Shown one piece after another: positions 54,226 to 64,000 of a stretch of 64,000 nucleotides of DNA. Numbering within the stretch: position 1 is the first letter of the stretch; each line of letters starts with the position of its first letter. The notes beneath the pieces are model-generated. The model was not told the origin of the DNA, ran no database searches, and was given only the letters and a program-made list of their open reading frames with translations. A program made the translations under genes and the position numbers. This DNA comes from Chrysomallon squamiferum (Eukaryota > Animalia > Mollusca). The stretch covers positions 19,654,001 through 19,718,000 of the forward strand of contig CM022671.1 of assembly GCA_012295275.1 (NCBI GenBank), given 5' to 3'.

Positions 54226-57200
54226 GTTAAATCAAGGCATAAGTTCATACCCGTTAAATGTGTTTCTGTATTCATTATTACTGTTGTAAATTTGTCCTGA
54301 AATATATCATGACATACTTGCCCTAATCAATAATTATAATTTATTTTACTTAACTAATTTTGTATCCAGCATTGTTAGTAACAGTTAATGTTAGATTACA
54401 ATTGCAGTTATTTTTATTCAAATAAGAATATCTTCATTAGGTTATTTAATTGAATGGTATTTGACATTATTAACAATTAATGTTACTCAAGTCCAACTAT
54501 CATCTGTGTTATAAGGATATCTTCATGCACTGTTTTAATTTGGTTAGTCAAATGCATGTCTGACATTCGTATTAACAATTCATATTAGACCTGCTACTGT
54601 TTTCATCTCAGTGTTAAAAATACAGTATCAGATTATTTATCATACACAAGTAAGAATATCCTCTTCCAGTTATTTTAGTTTAGTGTATTTGCCTGTTATC
54701 AATGAATATTATCATTTTAGAATTTTGTTTCAATAAATTAATTACTTAGTGACAACTCACCAGTTTGTAATATGCAGTTACAGTATGTTGTAAGAATATA
54801 AGCAGGTGTATCATAATCTGAGCTACACAAGAAAGCATTTTCTCTCAAACAGTAAAATATATATTTTAAACCATAGTTAATACAAGATTGGAGACACTAA
54901 AGATAATTGATGGTTGTTTTTTGTTTTGTTTCTGAGCTCAGATATTTTTATCTTTTGCGTTAAGTGATAAGAACAAAAAGAACAACTTCAAAACTTGTAT
55001 ATATTTTAATGTCATTGAAATTGTTACTGCTGAAATATACTGAAAATGTATTAAATTAAAGACAAAACAGTAAAAAATATTACGATATCAAATTATTTGT
55101 TTTAATTGCTAATAAAAATATTTTGAGTAAGTTTCAAGCTAATTTATTATTAATTAAGAAAATGTATTGTTATTATCATTGAGCATACCAACAGCCAAAA
55201 AATTTATGAATTATAATTAAAACAAAAAAAATAACATAGTAGTCACTGAAACAAAAGGGATAAATATTTATCTTATGTATTTATATAAGATTTTAATCCA
55301 GTGTGACATCCATTCAAAAAAGTATAAAATAAAAACATCTAACAAAAACCATTTACCACAGAAATTAAGAAGTGATTTTAGAAATGATGTTGTATTTATT
55401 GTTTACAAATTTATTATTAAGAGAAAAAAAAAAAAAAAAAAAAAAAGGTATCTCGGTCATTCAAAATTGAACTAATTTATTAAAAATATCTGCACATCAT
55501 ATTAAAAATATTAACTGTTTTGAAAATAATTCTGTCAGGTGACAAAACAGTAAAGGTTTCAATCTTAAATACATTTTGCATATTTTCTTTATTTTTTACA
55601 TTATCACAGATAACAAAGGAATCACCAGTACAACGAAAGGAATATTTCATTCTAATTGAGGAAGCTTCCTTTTGTAATAAAATTAAAATCTTTCAGTCAG
55701 CCAGTCCATGTTAAATAAAATTCTAGCAACCATAAGCCAGCCTAATGTTCTTAAGATCAGAGCACGACCTACGTTTATGACATTCTGTAAATCATAATAT
55801 ACTGTTAAGAATAAAATATGAACAAATAGGGTTCATACAAAAATGCTGATATTACATGATGCCAAATACAAAAAAGACTGGTAAAATAAAAATATAATTG
55901 CCTTAAAATGCACAAAGATTTATATCCACAATGAACTCCACTAAAACAACAATTCCAGTTTTAATAAAACCAACACAAAGACAATCTCTGGTTTGATGCT
56001 TGTTGAAACATTGTAATAACCACATAATGTTACCAACGTTAACAGTTTCAAATCCAAATTCGGTTGTATTAAATGTCTATTAAAATAACACTGGATGTAA
56101 GCACAGCCTTGTAAGATGACCTAGATTATATCTGCATTCTGAAACTGTGTACTTTACTAAATTTCAAGCTCATTACCATTTTCTAAACAAATGGTTTTTT
56201 TTAAAAAGTATAAAGTGATCTCCTTAGTGGAGATATCAGATATAATCTATCCAATAGTATTGTACTATTCTGACTATGAAATATGTTATCAACAAAAATT
56301 CTGATTTAAGAAGGACCACAAAATAAACATACTTTTTTAAAAATCACAGAATATACTAAGGCAGTGTTTCAACTAAACAACAGCACCAACATTAATTTAT
56401 TTGATAAATATGATTTGAAAAAAAAAGGATTTTAAAACAAAAACAAAAAAAACATCAATAAATAAATAAAAATATTAAGGATTATAATAATTAAAAAAAA
56501 AGAAGACATGAAACTGAAATTTTGGTTTTGCCCACAGTGGAAAGCCTTACAACCAGCCTGCTTTATCCTCAGACCCCATCCACATTTGCAAAAACAATGT
56601 TGCTCATGACAATTACACAAAATAATGTGATTTTAACCTGGGTGTTCACTGTTTGAAATCTCACTTACAGGAACTAAGAACTGCTAACATGCACAAATCA
56701 GATTGACAACAGTATTCTGGCATACTGTTTGCCACTATAATAATATAGCTTTCTGAGGAATAATTAGTTTTCAGTATTTTCAAAGTTGATCGAAGTTGTG
56801 GATAACAAGCTGCAAATAACATAGGCTGACTGTGAATATCTAACATGAATACAACTAGGTAAGAGACTACACTTGATTCTAATTTATGGATTGTGTTAGT
56901 ACCAGAAACTGACAACATCACAAATTTCTGATTGGCAGTGACACATGAAAATAAAGCTAATCTGTAATTATTTATTATTGATTAATAAGTCAGTTTTGTT
57001 AATTTAATATCATTTTATAAATTATGTGATTGGATGTGTTGTTTATTTTCCAAACTACAGGAGAAAGTATCATTAATTTATCATTAATTTTATTCTCAAA
57101 CCATTCCTACAAATATATTCACAACCTCATTTTTTTCAAAGTTTCCCTGTACAACATTAATTATGTATCATGCATTAAAAAAATAATAATAAAAAAAAAA

Positions 57201-57820
57201 ATAAAAAATTAAAAAAATAAAATCAATATAATGTGTAATAATTTTTTTCCTGAGATGAAACATTTGAGATGATTTTAAAAATATGACAAGTCCTGCATAA
57301 AATTTTTAATGCTGGGCATTAATTTAAAAAAAAAAAATCATTTTTAATCACCATACTCAAAAGAAGGGAATACCTACTTTTCAACCATGTCACCTTTACA
57401 GACAAATTATGGACAAATATCAAAAATGACCAGATAATTTTTGCCTAGGTCGGAAGGTTATATTTTTAAAATCTCCTTCATAAATAATATTGCTGAACTA
57501 GCATACAATCAGTATTATTTATTTCCTTGGAAGGCAAAGTTGCACTATCAAACCTCTTATTTCAATTCAGTGCAAACCAGAGTTTTCATGATAACTTAGT
57601 CACAGTGTAATAAATAATGTGTCTTTCAGACACATTAAGGAAAATCACACAGTGAAGTGAATAAATAAAGACCCAGAGGCAGAATTAAGCCTACTGATGA
57701 CAAACCAAACACTAGGCCAATATACCAGTAGATCTAGTTATAAGATATAACTCAATGAAAGCACTCTATTCAATCAAATAAATCTAGAATATAATTTTAT
57801 ATATATTTAAACAAGATGAA

Positions 57821-60800
57821 CTACCAGAAATCCTCATCAGTATCATCCTCTGAGGAGCTATCCAGCATAAGATCTAGTAATAAATGTGATAAAAATTCTT
57901 CTTCAAGGATTAACAAGTTTGAGCGCTCATCTCTTTCCTCCAGGAAATCCCACAGATGAATGTGCCGAACCAAGTCAAACTCTCCATCTGCATTTTTACG
58001 CTTCCTAACTGTTCTTGGCTGTGGAGAAGCTATCCTGCCATCAGGATAGGCATGTAGGTAGAAGCATTTCTCATTAAATGGACACTCACCACGACCTTCA
58101 TCAAAATACCGACACGGTTTTTGACTGAAACAAATACAAAAAACCTTTCTTTCCTTAACAGCAATTTGATGTAATTAAGTAAAGAGGTTGTATAGTGTAA
58201 TTAATGTTTTTGATTCTGAAAATCAATATAAAAGATAAATAATGATTTTTTATAATATTTTATTTATAAGACAATTACAGTGCTCCAATTGATAGTTTTA
58301 CAGAAGGTCCATCTTTATTACAAATAAAGTAAGACCAATAATAAAATAAAATCTTAGTAATCCATGGAGGATGCCATTTTCTTTTCTTTCTTTCATGTTG
58401 TATTTGTTTATGTGTGTGTATATATATATATATATTTTTTTTTAATTCTCTTTTTTTTTGCTTATCTTCAATGTTTGTAACTAAAAATCAATGTATTTTA
58501 AGAACTGATTTTGTAAATTGTGATAATAAAAAAAAATATGTGAATATTTAACTGAACAATGTAGGCCAACTATAATAAATGTACCTCAAAGCAGATTTAT
58601 ATCCTTGAATAAGTTTTTCTTTGTCTTCTTTTGATTCATACCAATACTTGCTTGGTGTTACAAAGTCTGAAAGTACTCTGCATTCAGGACAGGCTCTGAT
58701 AATAAAATAAAATAAAATAACATAACCTAATATAAAGTAATATAAAATATAATAACAAATATAACATAATGTAATAAAATAAATATATAACAAAATAAAA
58801 ATTAAATAAATAATATTAATTAAGTATTTTCATTTATAGTAAGACCGGTATTATAATTATCAAAATACATTTGCCATTCAGACTATGGGGAGACAATTTA
58901 TAAATATGTAAATTTATGGTTTAAAATAGTAAAAATTAAAATAATAAGAACTTCAGTTTATAAAAGAAAAAAAATATATACTAAATATATTTACAAAGTA
59001 GCTAAAACAATACCAGATTAAAAGTATTACTGATTTATGCAAATCAAAATGGTATCTTGTTAGTATTTGTTCTACATTATTATCACTCGATATTTATGGA
59101 GCAATGACCACAATTTTTTTTTAATATATTTTATAATGCATGAACACAATTTTTTTTTAAATATATTTTATAATGCATGAACACCTTTTTCTTAAATAAA
59201 ATATTATACTTCTTTCATGTTTAAAATAGTTATAAAATAAGTTTTAAAAAAATCTATATAATAATCCTGTTTTTCCAAATTAAAATTTTAAACTATTTCC
59301 AATGTCACTTGCCGAATAATTTTATTTTCAAACTGTTTGGCACATCTCCACTTTCTGATACAGGACAGACAGAAACAGTGGTTGCAGTTTGGCAAGATGC
59401 CAAAGCGACGTTCACTAGGAGGCTGTTTATCAACAACAATGTCCATGCAGATACCACAGGCTTTCTTTTCACTCCGTGCTACAGCAAATGACAGCTCCAT
59501 GTCTTCCTCATGCTGATTCATACAGTCCTAGCAATAAGAAAAAATATTTGTAAATATTTAAAGTAATTTACAAATAATCAAATGTAAAATAACTTTTAAA
59601 ATTGGCCTAACAGAGTATGAAAACATATTTTAAATTCATTAAAAAGAAATAATGCCTCTATGTATGTTTTATTTTATTATGATCCAAATCACAATGAATG
59701 AACCTTCAGAGAAATTTGCAAAGAAGAACCAGGATTCTCTAAGAATGTTTTGTATTGTAAGCAAGATTAATTGATCTAAATCATAGTGAACCAACATTCT
59801 CTGAAAATGTTTTAATTCACTAAGTAGAATCAATGTTTCTGAAATGTTTTATATTTTTATGAAGAATAATAAAAATATTTATTAAATGAGCATGAAGTAT
59901 TACTGTAACTTTTTTTTTTAAGACATTAACCTTTGATCCATGCCAAAAACAAACAAACATAATAATAATAAAGAAAAACCTGGTTTTTTAGAACCTAAAT
60001 CATAAACAACACGTGCCTCCCCTAATTTTTACTTTTTCTCTTCTTTAATTTATTTTGACTAATCTGTAATATTTTTCTAATTAATGAAATGCATTTCACA
60101 CTAACTAGAATAATGGTATTCCAACATTTTGGAAAATCACCAATCCATACAACAATAATTTTACATAAATCTTAAACAAAAGAGGTTGCATGCCATATCT
60201 CTACTGAGCCAGTAAATTTTTTTTTTTACATTTTGTGTTGATAGATATATCAATCTGCTACCCCTGAGCAGCTCTGTACCTTTAAATGTTGCTCTCTCTG
60301 TGCACTATCATTGGGATCAAGCACAGCTAAACCACAGAGATCACAAGTGTCTCCATGGATATATTCACAGTTCTCGCCATACCAACATTCACCATGAGCA
60401 GCAAATGGACACAGAAGAGATTTGGGGGTGGGTGGCAGTGATTCCTCAGTGTCAGTACTGCTCTGTGCTGGCGTTCCACTCAAAGCAGCTTTAGCATAAC
60501 TTCCTGGAACTGCAAGATAAAGATAATAATTAAGTAAATCATGCAGTCTTTCACAAAATCTGCACAAAACACAATTTTAAAAAATATATATAATAATAAA
60601 ATGATCTATTAATTTAACATACTTGTATAAAAAGTATCTTAATGTAGAATAAACATCAGGTCAATTACTCTGAAGACAACAGAAAATCAACTATAAAGTA
60701 TTTTTCAGAACAAGAAACAAAACAGTTTGACTGATGCAGCTGTCAAAGGCCTGCCTTTACTCTGGAAGGTATTGGAATCAAATCCTAATATTGACTTTTG

Positions 60801-61892
60801 CTCACAACTAATTGTATATAAAGAGATATGAAAGACAACTACACTATTTTCTCTCTAAGCTCCTAACAGGCTATCACTGCACCAAACAAGTTAATATAGG
60901 CTTCTCTAGTATGTGCACAAGAAACACGTTTAAACTTTCAGTGGATGTCAGCACACCTAAAAAAACTGATTCAGTGACCTCTTAGTAATGACTGATTTTA
61001 ATAACAAAAATAATACATTCATACCTGCTCCTTCATAAGGCTGGCCTGGAATGAATTCTTTTGCTTTCACCCACTCATCATCAGGTTTCCCACAAAGCTT
61101 GTTTGAAATTTCATTAGGTGATACTGGCTTTACACCTTTCCTTAAAGACACCATGTTGCTTTTCAGTGAATCACTTGAATGAACAACAGGTCTGTGACAA
61201 TTCGATGTTGTTATCTTTGCTGGACTTGATTTGCTAATTGGCTTGTTTTCTTTATCAGATGCTGAAATACTTGATGGTTTGACATGATCATATCTGATGA
61301 AAAGATAATCACAAATCCAAATTAGGTTACATTCTTTCCTTGGACAAAAAAAGATACTAATTCTGATATTACCCTTAGGACACCCAATTTACTACATAAT
61401 GTTTTAACTTTTTTAGAATTTTGTTATTATGCCTTTAACTAAATATAAATAAATATGACACAAATTTAAGTTCAAACAATAAATCCTGTTTTATTATATT
61501 TTACACATATTTTTGTAGATTTATTTTAAATATCTTTTTTAAAAACATAATTAAATAATGCATCAATAACTTATAATAAATTTCATATTTATGGATACTA
61601 TATGCATATTCATTAGAACATCCAACTGCTTTTTAAACATTTAACAGTTTAAATCACCTGCATTTTTCCCCATAGGTACAATGACCTTTAACATAAAATC
61701 TGCAAATCATTGAAGGCTGAGCAGATCTGTCATGGGAATATCTACAGGAATCACCTTCTCGACAAACACCATGGATGAAGTATCTGTAACATTTTTAAAA
61801 TGTGACAAATGTACACAAAACAGTTGTTTTCATTTCTGCCCCCTGTTCCCGCTACACAAACAAACAAAAAATTAATAATAAAAATTAAAATA

Positions 61893-61947
<55 letters not shown>

Positions 61948-62076
61948 GTTGTTGTTGTTGTTGTTATTAATGGCAAACATTTTATTTTATTTCTGAAGAT
62001 CAAAATGTTGCTCCTTTTTGACATGATTATTGACTTGAAACAAAGGGTCATAGATTATGTTCAGTACTGATCATCA

Positions 62077-62131
<55 letters not shown>

Positions 62132-62602
62132 CAATGAGGCGGGCTGAAATTCTGCTTCCTAAATTTAAAACCAAAAAAAAAAAAAAAAAAAAATTAAACA
62201 TATCGCTACAAATATATAATATATATACTGATATTTCTTCAAACGAATAGTGACACTGACAGTTATTACATATTGAAAGGCTTTAAAAATGAATGGTAAA
62301 TAATATTTTTAAATGTTTTATAAATCAAATGATCAAATTATGCTATAGCATATCGTGACTACAAGTGTGAATCATGAAGTGAAAGTCACCAGACAGCATG
62401 AAAACTATGAACGATTTTAATATGGTCCAATATCATTAGTTTTATTTCAAGGAGATCAGAGCCCCATTCTTGTCCATATATTGAAACAGATAAGCAGTTC
62501 ATGATAACTCTTTTTCTTCTGTTAAATATGACTGAATGATTACCTGCATAATACATTATTAGTCCAAGGAGAAGACGATTGCGAGCTTGGCGCTTCAGCC
62601 AT
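57821..62602 (-). CDS. MKRN1: Makorin RING-finger E3 ubiquitin ligase (makorin-1-like), about 437 aa
   Basis: Minus-strand exons 62602-62544, 61783-61658, 61293-61025, 60509-60280, 59527-59313, 58695-58585, 58124-57821. C3H fingers [57 protein letters not shown] and [24 protein letters not shown]2-like [13 protein letters not shown], makorin Cys-His motif, C3HC4 RING CGIC...CNHCFCLSC...CPEC, and an acidic tail. Confidence 0.95.
59110..59185. repeat. Short tandem duplication (~36 bp x2) in makorin intron 5
   Basis: CACAATTTTTTTTT(A)AATATATTTT(T)ATAATGCATGAA occurs twice. Confidence 0.8.
61895..62130. repeat. (AAT)n and (GTT)n microsatellites in makorin intron 1
   Basis: Runs visible at ~61895-61965 and ~62078-62130. 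Confidence 0.9.
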
Positions 62603-64000
62603 TGCTTGTTTACGAAACACCTTTTCTTGATTTGTGCGCAACACAGTTAAATGTCCAGTTCATCAAGTAATGACGGAATCGAACGAACAATTCACTATTC
62701 AGTTTACACGAAGAGTATTATATATTATTTTTTATAGTTTACTCTTTAGCTGAGTAATAAAGTATCATACAGAATACATGAAAACTATAAAGCCTAAGTC
62801 TTGGTAAAAAGTTTTAAATATATAATTTTTGACGTTATTCGGAAATACTCGTTTGTATCCGTAATTCATCCTGGGGCTTCCGAATTTATTCATTGTTGTT
62901 GTCTTCTTGGTAAGAGTTGGACTATGTGCAATTTATGCATACTTTAGTATGACGTTTCTGTACGCACCAAGAAACCATTCCGTAAGTAACAGTTACACCT
63001 ATTGTAGCGATATATTTTATTTTTAAAGTGTGTTTAATTCGTAGTTTACCACTGTGATTTTCAAAAATGCGCCAGCTTTTAACATCTTTTTCTTGCCTGT
63101 TTACGGGTACATCTAACTTCCGTTATGAAATATTGCATTACCTCCTACAAAAAAGAGATTCTTACAAAAAGTTGTTAAAACAATTATTAAAAATTATCAT
63201 CTGTTGTCAGACTAATGCCCAGTAAAACCATAACCGAACTACTAATAATTATGGGAAGTTCATCATAACAAATAAACAATAAGTTGAATAACCATGCCCG
63301 CCGAAGCAAGAAAATACCAAAGTAATACTAATACGCCTTTTTCAAATCCATTTTTTAAATTTATTTTCTGTCATATTTAATTTCTTTCAGTGTATAAACA
63401 TGTATAGCAAATAAACAACACTCAACAGCAATTCAAAATTCTTATAATATAATATTTTTTATATAAAAATGATGGAAATAAGTATTTCACTGTCGAAATC
63501 AAATTAGATGATGTCAAAGCTGTTGTTTGTTGACATAATGAAATCCAAACTTTGCTTATGAGATATTTAATTTATATACATGGTAAAGATATTTAGTGTG
63601 AAAATAAAATATAATAATAACTATTGCTTACTTTCACACAGAGATCCTCTTTCATATTGGTTTTGATTTCAGAATAAAATACTATCATTTTTTTTTTTTT
63701 AAATTTACAAATTACAGTGAAATCTACATTTTTTTTGTAGTTTTTAAGGGAAATACCATGTACCATGTAAAAAATACTATAAATTACTATTAATGAGCTG
63801 TTCTATTAAGTTTTTGCCTTTTTTCTTCTTTTTTTTTACTTAAATCTGAAGAGAAAAATATTGAACATTCTTTTTAAAAAATAATTCTTGTGCTTCCATT
63901 TGGTAAAATCCATTTTAAAAAATATTTATCTGTTTAAGGAATTTAAAAAAAAATAGATCCAGTATAATTTGTTTTGTTTCTTTTTATTTTCTTATTACAT

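Overview
AT-rich, microsatellite-rich animal genomic DNA. An invertebrate, possibly a mollusc, is my inference from repeat style. No CRISPR, rRNA or tRNA was seen. Four spliced protein genes can be read directly. (1) The last exon of a nucleotidyl (probably receptor guanylyl) cyclase, 421-504 (+). (2) An 11-exon succinate-semialdehyde dehydrogenase ALDH5A1/SSADH, 13342-21111 (+), whose exon 9 has a 1-nt frameshift in an A5 run. (3) An 18-exon TBK1/IKK-epsilon kinase, 40093-51139 (+), preceded by several kappaB-like sites. (4) A 7-exon makorin E3 ligase, 57821-62602 (-), convergent with the kinase and using a GC-AG intron. Non-genic DNA holds a 4.2-kb A/C-skewed degenerate minisatellite, a three-layer nested transposon, several MITEs, inverted and tandem duplications, and exon-like islands that may belong to unannotated transcripts. 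I found no clearly new biological system. The best leads are the SSADH frameshift (most likely an assembly error), the kappaB/IRF site cluster, and a candidate spliced minus-strand ORF at about 34.1-34.6 kb.
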